A DNA stretch of 64,000 bases from Patescibacteria group bacterium (GCA_041747555.1 JBGTEY010000014.1:20919-84918), one strand, 5' to 3'; positions 18,031-27,727 are shown, counted from the first letter of the stretch. Notes: generated by a model not told the origin, from the letters alone. Made by a program: numbers and translations.

Positions 18031-18863
18031 TTTTTCCTTTCACTTTTTTTCTTAAAATCTTTCATAACTTGTAATCTAAAATCCCAGTCCGGATGCTTCA
18101 ATTTTCCTGAAAGCTTCTCGAATCCTGTTTTGAAACGATATGATTTGTAGGTGAAGAATGACAAACTGGTTGCTGTACTAAATAGTATCAAACTACCCCA
18201 GAAAAAACTATGTTCAATATCAAAGGGAGGAGTCCAGATTAAGTATATTGTAACATGAATGACGAACAGCGATGCGATGGTGAGCTTCATAAGGCGAGTG
18301 AAACTGTGTTCGTGCTGCCTGGGATCTGATAACCAAATTGCCAAAAAAAGGGCGACACCAAACAATCCTCCAAGTACCAATGCCGCATAAAAATTCCATC
18401 GCGCTAATTCAAACGGTATCGGTAACTCAAAATACGCGTTTGCAATCGCTACCAAACTAATCAGGACCATACTCCCCACAAACATCACAATATGCGTAAT
18501 CCAGAGGTGAAAATATTCAGATAACTTAAAAAGGTCATAGAGTGGATCGCGCTTCCGTTGCAAATTAAAGCTTTTGGTCAAAGCATGCATCACCACAAAC
18601 CCAAACACATACATTGCAATCACGCTAAACAACGTATCCCAAAAAAATATTTCATTTTGTGTGAGCGTACTATCAATTTCTTCTTTTAGTAAAAAGAAGA
18701 AAAAACTCTTTCCCCAGATAAAAAGTAACGGAGCAATAATGAACGCATAATAGAACTGCACCGTATCTAACTTGAGAATTTCACTCTTACCATTGAGTTG
18801 ATACAAAACAGCCGAGCTGACAATTGCCAACACGGGAACAATAATAAGGAGAAGTGGTAGCAT
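18027..18863 (-). CDS. polytopic membrane protein of unknown function
   Basis: About 8 TM helices; no Cys; overlaps the rnj start by 4 bp. Confidence 0.5.
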   Translation of the reverse strand: MLPLLLIIVPVLAIVSSAVLYQLNGKSEILKLDTVQFYYAFIIAPLLFIWGKSFFFFLLKEEIDSTLTQNEIFFWDTLFSVIAMYVFGFVVMHALTKSFNLQRKRDPLYDLFKLSEYFHLWITHIVMFVGSMVLISLVAIANAYFELPIPFELARWNFYAALVLGGLFGVALFLAIWLSDPRQHEHSFTRLMKLTIASLFVIHVTIYLIWTPPFDIEHSFFWGSLILFSTATSLSFFTYKSYRFKTGFEKLSGKLKHPDWDFRLQVMKDFKKKSERKK

Positions 18864-18906
18864 AGTAACGTGTCCCCGATTTTGATTTCAACGCCTGAAT
18901 TTCTTG

Positions 18907-19971
18907 TTAATATTGCGGCAAGAAAATCTTTTTGTTTTCGGGGTTTATTATAACTTCTGAGTATCCTTTTTCTACGATGATTCGAGCGACTTTTCGGACC
19001 GCGCCTTCTAAAGTCCGCTGTAAGGTACGAATTCCAGCGTCATACCCAAGTGGACGGGTAATTGCCGGCCAAACTTCATCGCTCATGATAAATTGATTTG
19101 GTTTGAGACCTGCGTCCTCAAGAAGACCAGGGAGAATGTACTTCTTGGCAATGACGATTTTCTCGTGGTCGGTATAGGACGGCATGGTGATCTTTTCCAT
19201 ACGGTCCATAACGGCTGTAGCAATATCCCCAGTATTATTGGCTGTAGCAAGGAAAATTGCATGTGATAAATCGATTGGATAATCGAGATACAGATCACGA
19301 AATGCATGATTCTGAGCGGGGTCGAGAAGTTCAACCAAAACACCCATGATGTCCCGATTAGCTTCTTTATTCACACGGTCAATCTCGTCTAGGAGAATGA
19401 CCGGATTTCTCACACCCTGCTCACATAAGCCTTTAATTATCCGACCCGGCTCTGACTCAAGATACAATCTGGAATTACCGCGCAGTTCTGCCGATGATCC
19501 CATTCCGCCAAACGGTACACGAACGAGCTTTCTGCCGAGCGCTTCTGCAAGTGAAATGGCAAACGTGGTTTTACCGGTACCTACCAAACCGACAAGTAAT
19601 AGAATTGGAGCGCGAAATTCGCTCTCTTGAAACTGGGTATCCCTAAGCTTGAGTACCGACACGTACTCAAGAAATCTATTTTTAACCTGCTGCATTCCAA
19701 AATGGTGTTTGTCAAAAATTGCTTTGGTGTGCTCTATGTCGAGCACATCTTTGCTTTCCTCGTGCCAAGGCACTTTGAGTGTCCAGTCAATATATCGAGA
19801 TACTTTTTCGTATTTTTCATCGTAACTACCCAGAGCCACACTTCTTTCTAGTGCAATAATGTCTTTATTGACCTTTCGCAGCATTTCTTCGGGTAGGGAT
19901 GCCTGCGAAACCTTACCTTTGAGCTCTTCTATTTCTTGCTTGAGTAGCTGAGTGTAATCCTGGTCCATCAT
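18907..19971 (-). CDS. Lon-type AAA+ ATPase module lacking both the LAN N-domain and the protease domain
   Basis: Walker A GLVGTGKTT, sensor and arginine-finger regions collinear with the Lon AAA+ module. The ORF stops right after the alpha-helical lid, with no PKDGPSAG serine-protease domain present. Confidence 0.7.
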   Translation of the reverse strand: MMDQDYTQLLKQEIEELKGKVSQASLPEEMLRKVNKDIIALERSVALGSYDEKYEKVSRYIDWTLKVPWHEESKDVLDIEHTKAIFDKHHFGMQQVKNRFLEYVSVLKLRDTQFQESEFRAPILLLVGLVGTGKTTFAISLAEALGRKLVRVPFGGMGSSAELRGNSRLYLESEPGRIIKGLCEQGVRNPVILLDEIDRVNKEANRDIMGVLVELLDPAQNHAFRDLYLDYPIDLSHAIFLATANNTGDIATAVMDRMEKITMPSYTDHEKIVIAKKYILPGLLEDAGLKPNQFIMSDEVWPAITRPLGYDAGIRTLQRTLEGAVRKVARIIVEKGYSEVIINPENKKIFLPQY

Positions 19972-19997
19972 GGTGGGGTATCAATTCTTTGGAACGA

Positions 19998-20516
19998 TTA
20001 TGCCTCATTCGAATTGTGTGCCAGCGTCATTCGGGCTGCGACACCAATTGCGATCGAGAACAAACCAATTCCTACTACATAGAACAAAGTTGATGATCCG
20101 CTCTCTGGTAGCGTATCTGGCATAGCTGGCTGTGTTGCGACTGGGGATGGGGTTGCTGACGCGCTTGAGGCAGTAGCGATGTTGAGCGTAAAGAGGATGG
20201 TTTCTGTAAGAGAAGATACTTGAACGCTATATGCACCGACCGCAGACATCGTGGTTGGTTGATACTGCCATTCACCTTCGGTTGTTGCGTTTGTAGCGTA
20301 TGTTATGTTTTCAATTTTTACATTTACGAGCGCAGAGGGCGATGCAGTGCCTTTTAACACGGGGTTTGCACCAATATAGGTCCAACTGGTAAATGTTTGG
20401 CCATTGGTGCTAGCATTGCCGATTGAATCTATTGTGAGCGTTTGAGCGTGCACCGGCTGTGCAGTAAACACTGCAATAATCGTTGCAACAAAAAATGGAA
20501 TGAGTCGTTTTAGCAT
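19998..20516 (-). CDS. secreted protein with signal peptide and LPxTG-like (LPESG) C-terminal sorting signal
   Basis: N-terminal signal peptide ...PVHA|QT; C-terminal LPESG followed by a hydrophobic stretch and a charged tail. Confidence 0.5.
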   Translation of the reverse strand: MLKRLIPFFVATIIAVFTAQPVHAQTLTIDSIGNASTNGQTFTSWTYIGANPVLKGTASPSALVNVKIENITYATNATTEGEWQYQPTTMSAVGAYSVQVSSLTETILFTLNIATASSASATPSPVATQPAMPDTLPESGSSTLFYVVGIGLFSIAIGVAARMTLAHNSNEA

Positions 20517-20530
20517 GTGGACATTATGTA

Positions 20531-21478
20531 CTATTTATGAGGTGTATTCCAAGTGGCATTTTTCATTTGCTTGAGTGTACGGAGTCCTGGCTTAGCGCCA
20601 AGATGCTGTACGACATGCTCTGCACTCTCTTGACCCCATTTGATGGCTTCAGAAACTTCTTTTTTCTTAAGAATTGCAGACACAAATCCCATCCCAAATG
20701 CGTCACCCGCACCAGTATTGTCGACACTGTCGACTTTGTGGGCTGTATATTTTTGCTCTTTTCCCTCATGAAATACGCGCCCACCTTTATCGCCCTCTGT
20801 CACGACGACGACAGGAATTGAGTCAATAATTTTCTGCTGAAGCTTCTCCACGATACTCCATTCCTCTGCATTGACCAGGAAAATCTGGCAAACTTCCAGA
20901 AATGTCTGAGGCATTTTACCCTGTGCGATTAACTCGAGTTCTTTTCGCCCGGGATTCCAGGAAAGTTTGCGTGTTTTCTTTTTTTGGAGGTGGTCAAACA
21001 GTGTCTCTAGCGTACTCGTTTGTGCCGAGAGGTTAGTGAGATGAATCCAGTCTGCAGTTGCAATTGATTGTTTTGGAATGTCTTTTGGATCGAGCATGGA
21101 TGATGCTCCCCTATGCACAAGAATTGTCCTGACACCACCCTTTGCAAGCAAAATGATTGATCCACCAGTCTTTTCTCGATGTTCTCTTGAAATTAAATTA
21201 GTCGCAACTATTTCCTTATGAAATTCTTCTTCAATAATTTCTGACCAAGTGTCGACACCAACTTCTGTCACGATCGCAGTTCGGAATCCCAAACGAGAGA
21301 ACCCTACAGCCGCATTTCCTGCACCACCGCCCGTTCGCAAGGAGAAGTCATCAACAAGTAATTTGTCTCCTCCAGTTGAGGAAAGCACCACGCCAGATTT
21401 TGACGACTGCAACTCAAACTCATCAGACTGAATAAAAATATCTACAACCGCAGAACCAATCGTGATCACGTCATACAT
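20531..21478 (-). CDS. PfkB-family carbohydrate kinase (ribokinase-like)
   Basis: N-terminal GG motif and C-terminal DTTGAGDAF anion-hole motif. Confidence 0.8.
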   Translation of the reverse strand: MYDVITIGSAVVDIFIQSDEFELQSSKSGVVLSSTGGDKLLVDDFSLRTGGGAGNAAVGFSRLGFRTAIVTEVGVDTWSEIIEEEFHKEIVATNLISREHREKTGGSIILLAKGGVRTILVHRGASSMLDPKDIPKQSIATADWIHLTNLSAQTSTLETLFDHLQKKKTRKLSWNPGRKELELIAQGKMPQTFLEVCQIFLVNAEEWSIVEKLQQKIIDSIPVVVVTEGDKGGRVFHEGKEQKYTAHKVDSVDNTGAGDAFGMGFVSAILKKKEVSEAIKWGQESAEHVVQHLGAKPGLRTLKQMKNATWNTPHK

Positions 21479-21480
21479 GA

Positions 21481-22119
21481 CTATACGATACCATCAACAG
21501 GCCGTCTTGGTAAACCACACCGATTTTCTAGTTGACCTTCAAACGCTTCAAGCTGCTCTATTAATTCAGTTTCGTTTTTGGCAATGCTATATACTTCACG
21601 TTCTTTATCCCCGATAAAAAAATGGTCATTAATCACCCGAAGTAACGATTCCCAGAATTCGCCATATAAAATAAGCGGTTTATGTTTGCCATAATATAAG
21701 TGCGCCAGCAGCCAAGCAGTTGACCACTCACTCAGAGTACCCGTGCCACCCTGAAAACAAATAAATGCGTCAGCGTGATCCATGAGGCCAAACATTCTCT
21801 CGATATAATTGGCAGTCTTTATTTCATGCGCGGGTTTATTGTCACTAAATCGCCCCTCAAATTCTGGCATGTCCTTAGGATAAAATGTCACTGCCAAGGT
21901 ATCGCCTCCAGCGGCTTGAGCACCTTTGGTGGCAGCATCCATAACTCCTGGTCCGCCGCCATTTACGATCACTCTACCGTGGTAAGCGAGATGACGAGCA
22001 ACGTTAAATACTTCTTCATACAATGGGTGCTTGGTGTCAATGTCGGCGCTTCCAAAAATAGCAATATTTTTGATCGTACAATGCTCTTGCGCACTGGGAA
22101 TCGGGATGTTAGTTTTCAT
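21481..22119 (-). CDS. LOG-family protein (cytokinin riboside 5'-monophosphate phosphoribohydrolase-like / TIGR00730)
   Basis: GGGPGVM and GGTGTLSEW motifs. Confidence 0.75.
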   Translation of the reverse strand: MKTNIPIPSAQEHCTIKNIAIFGSADIDTKHPLYEEVFNVARHLAYHGRVIVNGGGPGVMDAATKGAQAAGGDTLAVTFYPKDMPEFEGRFSDNKPAHEIKTANYIERMFGLMDHADAFICFQGGTGTLSEWSTAWLLAHLYYGKHKPLILYGEFWESLLRVINDHFFIGDKEREVYSIAKNETELIEQLEAFEGQLENRCGLPRRPVDGIV

Positions 22120-22140
22120 AAAAATTTTCTTTCTCTTTCA

Positions 22141-22800
22141 TTACCCTCGTTGTAGCGACTCGAATGCTTCTTGAATTGCTTCTGCTTTCCACAACACCGA
22201 ACCCACTGACACTCCTTGAACACCAAGTTCCTCAAGTATCGCTACCTGTTCTGCCTTTATACCTCCATCAACGATTATTTCAATTGCGTGTTCGCTGGCT
22301 CTACTTCGTTTCACCGCTTCCTCAATAAATGCAAGCGACTGCGGCTTAAACTCCTGCCCTTGGTAACCTGCCTGAATTCCCATAACTTGCACAATATCTA
22401 CGAGCTCCCAAACATGCTCATGAATCGACTCAAGGGGTGTGTACAAGTCTAGTGAAAGCCCGACTTGCCAGTTATTTCTCCTGACTTCTTCGGCATAAGC
22501 GACCTGATCGCTCATGCGCTCAATCTGGGCAATAATTGCCCTAATTGGCAACTGCTTCGCCATATCACGCGCTTCATAAACAAAATCGAGCGGTTCGTTA
22601 ACCATGAGATGGAGGTCTGCACGCAACTCACCGTATTCAAGTTCAGCCAGCGCAGTTGGAGCAAGCGTCAAGTTATCAACATAATACCCATCAATCACGT
22701 CAAATTGGACGGTTTCAACATCGGATAATTCCTGCGAAAGATCAAGCTGCTCCTGAGCAACGTGCAAGTCCTGGGTCAAAATACTGGGATATATTTTCAT
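22141..22800 (-). CDS. rpe: ribulose-phosphate 3-epimerase
   Basis: PSILTQD..., DVIDGYYVDNLT, LHLMV and a C-terminal DGG motif, collinear with Rpe. Confidence 0.8.
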   Translation of the reverse strand: MKIYPSILTQDLHVAQEQLDLSQELSDVETVQFDVIDGYYVDNLTLAPTALAELEYGELRADLHLMVNEPLDFVYEARDMAKQLPIRAIIAQIERMSDQVAYAEEVRRNNWQVGLSLDLYTPLESIHEHVWELVDIVQVMGIQAGYQGQEFKPQSLAFIEEAVKRSRASEHAIEIIVDGGIKAEQVAILEELGVQGVSVGSVLWKAEAIQEAFESLQRG

Positions 22801-22835
22801 GTTTTTCCTGTTCGTTGATTAAAGCTAGTATAGTT

Positions 22836-23321
22836 CTATCTTGCGTGAGCCTGTTCAATATCAAAAATCTTTTGTGCTCGTCTGAGATCTGATTCCTCGT
22901 TACTAAAGGCAGTCGTTAAAAATGCTCGAGCTAATTGCTCGACTTCTCCCACTGAAAGAAAGTCGCTCGGTACTGAGAGCACATTTACGCCATCGTCATG
23001 TCGAGCACCCTTGACCTGATCAGCGCGAAACCCAAGTGCAGACCTCACTCCCGCAATTTTATTTGCAACCACAGACACACCTACTCCTGATCCACAGAAT
23101 AAAATGCCACAGCTTTGCTCAACACTCGCGACATTTCTTGCAACTTGATATGCAATATCTGGAAAGTCATCGTGCTTTTGATACGATTCAGCACCACAAT
23201 CCACAACTGGAAATCCATGTGACTCAAGCCATTCCTTAATATGCTCCTTATGCTCAAATCCACGATGGTCCGCACCTAAAAATATGGTTGAAAATTGTGA
23301 TTTTTTTTGAAATTCAGTCAT
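22836..23321 (-). CDS. rpiB: ribose-5-phosphate isomerase B (RpiB/LacAB family)
   Basis: IFLGADHRGF ... ILFCGSGVG motifs. Confidence 0.8.
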   Translation of the reverse strand: MTEFQKKSQFSTIFLGADHRGFEHKEHIKEWLESHGFPVVDCGAESYQKHDDFPDIAYQVARNVASVEQSCGILFCGSGVGVSVVANKIAGVRSALGFRADQVKGARHDDGVNVLSVPSDFLSVGEVEQLARAFLTTAFSNEESDLRRAQKIFDIEQAHAR

Positions 23322-23345
23322 AGCCAGGCATTTGATATGTGGTTT

Positions 23346-23690
23346 TTACAGTCCGAGTTCAGCTCGGGCTGCTTCATCCATCATATCTGGAATCCACGGC
23401 GGGTCAAAGGTTAATTCTACAGTCACGTCTTGTTCAGAGGTAACTTCAGGCAACTCTAAGACCGCGTCTTTTACCATTTTATCAAAAACACCAATCAGCG
23501 GACAACCTGGTGTCGTGAGCGTCATTAACACATGAATGTGGTCACGCGGTCCATCCTCAAGTTGTCGCTGACGAATCACGACTTCATAAATTAACCCAAG
23601 ACTGACGATATCGATATGCAACTCCGGATCAATTACTTTTTGAAGCGCGCCGATAACGAGGTCTTTGGTGATTTTTTTATTTGTACTCAT
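23346..23690 (-). CDS. sufT: Fe-S cluster assembly protein SufT / DUF59 (MIP18 family)
   Basis: DPELHIDIVSLGLIY ... TPGCP motifs. Confidence 0.75.
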   Translation of the reverse strand: MSTNKKITKDLVIGALQKVIDPELHIDIVSLGLIYEVVIRQRQLEDGPRDHIHVLMTLTTPGCPLIGVFDKMVKDAVLELPEVTSEQDVTVELTFDPPWIPDMMDEAARAELGL

Positions 23691-23725
23691 AATAGGTTTG
23701 TCTGGTTCAGAGTACGTATTCTATC

Positions 23726-23760
23726 AAAAAACCCCCGCTTGAATGACTTCAAATCGGGGG
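23726..23760 (-). terminator. rho-independent terminator downstream of the 69-aa ORF
   Basis: CCCCCG...CGGGGG stem with internal TTGAA/TTCAA pairing, followed on the minus strand by U6. Confidence 0.6.
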
Positions 23761-23780
23761 TTTCTTAGTTTCAAGAAAAT

Positions 23781-23990
23781 TTACTTGTCAGATCGTTTCA
23801 GAACTGGCATGTTGGTTCGCTTGGTTTCCATAACCTCATATCCTGCTGGAACTGCGGAAAGGACACCTTCGCGAATATCTCGGGCGAAGAAATAAATTGT
23901 TTGTACCCGACCATTTTTGAGAGTAACATCTTTGCTGTGCAAAAAGTACTCTTGCCCTTTGGCATTTGTGTAACTGTAGGCGTCTGCCAT
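23781..23990 (-). CDS. small conserved hypothetical protein (69 aa)
   Basis: Compact ORF with its own terminator; no family recognised. Confidence 0.45.
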   Translation of the reverse strand: MADAYSYTNAKGQEYFLHSKDVTLKNGRVQTIYFFARDIREGVLSAVPAGYEVMETKRTNMPVLKRSDK

Positions 23991-24149
23991 ACGTACTTCC
24001 TTTCTCTTCTCTCTATTTGAGAGAAAATTTTTGTACCTAGTACTACTCTGTACTGTATACGATTGTGAACGACCTTTTTACTTGACGTGCACCTCTGGAT
24101 ACTATCTTTAGAATATCACACCAGACGGGCTTATCAAGGAGCAAATTCT

Positions 24150-24710
24150 TTATTCTTCTATTTCCATTTCGAGATCGGTGGTCTCACCTTCCATTACTTC
24201 AGCTTCTGGGGCTTCAATAATTGCCCGGAGAAGGACGCCAGATAGGTCGCTTGCCGTGAGTAACGCTTGGTCAGTGACCAGTACCTCGAACGGTAGTAAA
24301 TCAGACGGTAATGCAGCGCTACCGAGTAATCCTCCCTTTTGCTCTTCTAGGTTGAATGCCTGTCTAAGTGCTGCTCCATCTACCTCTTTGAGCCAAACTG
24401 AGTATTCTGCGTCAGTATCTTCAGTCTCATCAAGCGTGACGGTGAACCTGACTCTCTCATCATCGATATGGTAACGAATGCTGCCAGAAACAGAGCTTTC
24501 AGCACTTGCCGGCTCCAGCTCAACCATTTCAAAATCACCCGCAGATTGGAGGCTTTGAGCCTCTTCTTCACTGAGGTTTTCAATTTCAATACCCTCTGCA
24601 AAGAGACTATCTTCAACGCGTTGAACTCTCTGGTTGTACCAACGAACTACTAAGAAAAATACGACTCCCAATACCAGGAGTGGCAAAAGATATGGTGTGT
24701 ACCGTTTCAT
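24150..24710 (-). CDS. hypothetical acidic protein with N-terminal TM anchor
   Basis: ORF with TM helix and an E/D-rich ectodomain. Confidence 0.45.
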   Translation of the reverse strand: MKRYTPYLLPLLVLGVVFFLVVRWYNQRVQRVEDSLFAEGIEIENLSEEEAQSLQSAGDFEMVELEPASAESSVSGSIRYHIDDERVRFTVTLDETEDTDAEYSVWLKEVDGAALRQAFNLEEQKGGLLGSAALPSDLLPFEVLVTDQALLTASDLSGVLLRAIIEAPEAEVMEGETTDLEMEIEE

Positions 24711-24739
24711 AAAATTACCCCTTTATTAATGCTCAACTA

Positions 24740-25402
24740 CTACTGAGCGCTACTTTCTGCAAGCAGTTGTGTCACAGTCGCTTGCAACTGTGGGGCAGGG
24801 GTTCTTTGACCATTCACGAAGAAGGTCGGTGTAGCATTCACTGAAGCTTGCGATCCAGCAACTACATCACTGGTCACGGCGTCTGCTACAGATTCGTCTT
24901 CCATTTTCTCGATAAACTCATCTTTGTCAATCTCTAATTCAGCTGCATAGTCTCCAAACATATCGAGCAGGTCATCATCGCTACTGATTTGTGACCACTC
25001 GGTTTGATTGTCAAAGAGAACATCATGAAATTCCCAGAACTTGTCGTAGCTCGCTGCTACTTCTGACGCATGTGCGGCAGTACGAGCATTTGGATGAATA
25101 TTATCAAGTGGATAGTGTCGATATACGAACTTCACCGAGCCTTCATTTTCTGCAAGTACTTGCTTAATAAGTGGCTCAGTAGCCTTACAGGCCGGACATT
25201 CAAAGTCACTAAACTCGACGATTGTGATAGGCGCATCCTCTGGACCTGTACTGTGTCGTGCATCTGCCAGAAGAATAGCTTGATCCACGGTATCACTTGA
25301 GGTACTATCGGCACCTTGTGTTCCACCAAACATGACTGCAATTGCCAAAACTAAGACAACTGAAATTAGAAGTGTTCCGATTAAAAGTGGTACATTTTTC
25401 AT
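24740..25402 (-). CDS. DsbA-like thiol:disulfide oxidoreductase (thioredoxin fold), membrane-anchored
   Basis: CPAC active site in an FSDFECPAC context; N-terminal TM helix. Confidence 0.75.
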   Translation of the reverse strand: MKNVPLLIGTLLISVVLVLAIAVMFGGTQGADSTSSDTVDQAILLADARHSTGPEDAPITIVEFSDFECPACKATEPLIKQVLAENEGSVKFVYRHYPLDNIHPNARTAAHASEVAASYDKFWEFHDVLFDNQTEWSQISSDDDLLDMFGDYAAELEIDKDEFIEKMEDESVADAVTSDVVAGSQASVNATPTFFVNGQRTPAPQLQATVTQLLAESSAQ

Positions 25403-25499
25403 AGTTTCTCCGCGATACAGTCTGTTGCTGAAAGACTGTATTTATATGTATATATCATATTTAGCAACAAGTACGCTAGTAGTAACTTCAAGATTTATT

Positions 25500-25850
25500 C
25501 TATGCAACTGGCCATACTTGCTGACCAGTTTGAGTGTCGGTAACGATGATGGCTGCCGTCGGACAACTTTGAGCTGCTAAAAGTTTGGTATCGTCATCAT
25601 TGCCATCTTGTGAAATGACGACGGCGATGTTTTCCTCGTCAAGTTCGAAGACTTCTGGAGCGATGGCGGCGCAGCTTGCTGCGCCTATGCATTTGTCTCT
25701 GATGACCTCAACTTTGTATTTGCCAATTTGCTTTGACTGCACCACTCCACCATTTGGAGTCGTTTCTGTGGTGACACCTGGCGGTTGAGGGACTGGTTGG
25801 GCACCGGGTTGCACTGCGGGTTGATTTTGATCTGTTGGCTGATCTTGCAT
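25500..25850 (-). CDS. ferredoxin (single [3Fe-4S]/[4Fe-4S] cluster type) with Pro/Gln-rich N-terminal extension
   Basis: CIGAASC...CP cysteine pattern; start reassigned to the internal ATG at 25848-25850, preceded by AAAGGAA, because the longer ORF would overlap the upstream gene. Confidence 0.7.
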   Translation of the reverse strand: MQDQPTDQNQPAVQPGAQPVPQPPGVTTETTPNGGVVQSKQIGKYKVEVIRDKCIGAASCAAIAPEVFELDEENIAVVISQDGNDDDTKLLAAQSCPTAAIIVTDTQTGQQVWPVA

Positions 25851-25887
25851 AAAAATTCCTTTACGTATCAATACTATACTATTATTT

Positions 25888-26691
25888 TTAATAAAATTTT
25901 TCGTGATGGAGGTATTTTTTATCGATTGCTTTACCTTCGAGATACCCCAACACATCGTGAATCATTGGTTGGTTTCCACAAAGATAATAACCTGTCTTGG
26001 GATCGTGATCTTGGTGCACGCTGATGCAGTCAGTCACTCTACCTCGACACAACGTCCAGCCGTCAGATGCTCTAGAAATAACGGGATGAAATGAAAAATT
26101 TGGAAATGCATCAGAAAGTTCCGCAAACTCATCTTGCCAAAATAATTCCTCGACATAGCGCATTCCCCAGTATAGCGTCAACTTTCTGGTGTCCTTTTTC
26201 TCATGAAGTTGATCTAAAATAATAGACCGCATCGGAGAGATGCCTGATCCAGTCGCGACGAGAACAATTTCAGTTTCATCAGACGCTTGTGCAATGGTAA
26301 ATGCACCCATAGGACCCAAGGTGTCTACGGACTTTCCAAATTCTAAGTTTTCGAGAAACTTACTCCCCGCTCCCTGAGGACTGATGTCGACAAGTACGTC
26401 AAATCGATGATCAAGTGATGGACTACTACAAATGCTGTAGGAACGTCTATCACCGTTTTCTGCAACCTGGATCGAAACATACTGCCCTGCTAAAAATGGC
26501 ATTCGGTGTGGTTCATCGAGCTCGAAATTGAATTGAATAAATTTTTCATTAAAAATGTGTTTATCAGCCAATTTTACCGTCACTCTTTTTGGAGGTAATG
26601 GACGAGCTGGTTGGGGAACAATGGGTTGATCCGGAGTCGGGGTTGGTGCTGCAGTTGATACTACATTAGGGGTTGAAGTAGATGTGTCCAT
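25888..26691 (-). CDS. ferredoxin-NADP+ reductase-type FAD/NAD(P)-binding oxidoreductase with Pro-rich N-terminal extension
   Basis: RSYSICSSP FAD motif and VATGSGISPM NAD(P) motif. Confidence 0.75.
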   Translation of the reverse strand: MDTSTSTPNVVSTAAPTPTPDQPIVPQPARPLPPKRVTVKLADKHIFNEKFIQFNFELDEPHRMPFLAGQYVSIQVAENGDRRSYSICSSPSLDHRFDVLVDISPQGAGSKFLENLEFGKSVDTLGPMGAFTIAQASDETEIVLVATGSGISPMRSIILDQLHEKKDTRKLTLYWGMRYVEELFWQDEFAELSDAFPNFSFHPVISRASDGWTLCRGRVTDCISVHQDHDPKTGYYLCGNQPMIHDVLGYLEGKAIDKKYLHHEKFY

Positions 26692-26746
26692 ACGATGGCT
26701 ATAATACGGATGTTCCTTGATGTGCGCAAGACGTAAACGAAAAGAA

Positions 26747-27331
26747 CTAACTCAATTCTAGCTCCGTAGCTGCTTTTTGAAGTTCAACTTTCCAACTTCG
26801 TCCGTACCACAAGCCGAGTGCTAACTTGGTTATATTTTGATATTCTTCGGTGCGGTCGATGAAGTTCTTGGTAATAATACCCAAGAAACCTTGCTTTTGT
26901 CTTACATCACTTTCACCCACTAATTTTTCTGCCACTGGACCAAGTTCTTCACCATTCCGCAACATTTCTGCGATGAATTCTGGAATATAAAATCTCGCAC
27001 CATTTGCAGATTTCACAGCGCCCTCAAAATCTACTACAGTAATCCATACTGTTGAATGCATGCCGAGCTCTGTCTCAGTGACTCCGCCTTCTGGACCAAC
27101 ACCAAGACATACTAAAGGATCAAGGTTAGGGTATTTTTTCAATCCCATTTCTAGTGCAGCCTTTGCTCGATTTATGGATCCTTTTTGAGTTTCTACATCA
27201 CCCATTGGTTGTTCTGAAATACCACTCTCCACGTCAAAACCTTCTACAATCACCTCTGGCCATTCTTCAGTTGCAGCGCCGATAGTAGCATTTATTTTGA
27301 CTGGATTTGCTGAGCCGACAAAGATGTGCAT
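26747..27331 (-). CDS. non-canonical purine NTP phosphatase (YjjX / DUF84 family)
   Basis: GSANPVK, ESGISEQP and GPV motifs collinear with the inosine/xanthosine triphosphatase family. Confidence 0.6.
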   Translation of the reverse strand: MHIFVGSANPVKINATIGAATEEWPEVIVEGFDVESGISEQPMGDVETQKGSINRAKAALEMGLKKYPNLDPLVCLGVGPEGGVTETELGMHSTVWITVVDFEGAVKSANGARFYIPEFIAEMLRNGEELGPVAEKLVGESDVRQKQGFLGIITKNFIDRTEEYQNITKLALGLWYGRSWKVELQKAATELELS

Positions 27332-27364
27332 AGGTTTCCTTTCAATGTATTCTATAAAAATATA

Positions 27365-27724
27365 TCAGCTTGATGCAATCGCCTTCACCCCCAGCATCAC
27401 ACATTTTACTCTACCTGGACTAATTTCAGTAAGTCCAAGCAAATCTAACATATCTTCTACCGTTAGTTTTTTGACCTCAGAAACTGATTTTCCCACTGAC
27501 CAATCTGCGAGTACACTCAGCGATGCCTGACTCATAACGCACCCGTCACCTGTCCAGCCTATTTCTGCAATTGTGCCTGCTTCATCAAACTTTACGGTAA
27601 TCTCAACTGAATCACCACACGATGAATTTGTGCCATTAAATTGTTCGTCAGGATCAGCGAGCAGGCCATGACGCCGTGGGTGTTTTGCTTCATCAAGTAA
27701 ATCCTGGTGATACATCGAGCTCAT
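27365..27724 (-). CDS. sufU: SufU/IscU-like Fe-S assembly sulfur-acceptor protein
   Basis: HPRRHG...CGD...GDGC...S motif pattern; 119 aa. Confidence 0.75.
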   Translation of the reverse strand: MSSMYHQDLLDEAKHPRRHGLLADPDEQFNGTNSSCGDSVEITVKFDEAGTIAEIGWTGDGCVMSQASLSVLADWSVGKSVSEVKKLTVEDMLDLLGLTEISPGRVKCVMLGVKAIASS

Positions 27725-27727
27725 GCG

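Noticed and set aside
25888-25955. Long form of the ferredoxin ORF (start at 25955)
   Set aside because: It would overlap the FNR gene by 68 bp, and its N-terminus (MCWGISKVK…) is atypical. The internal ATG at 25850 with an upstream AAAGGAA is preferred.
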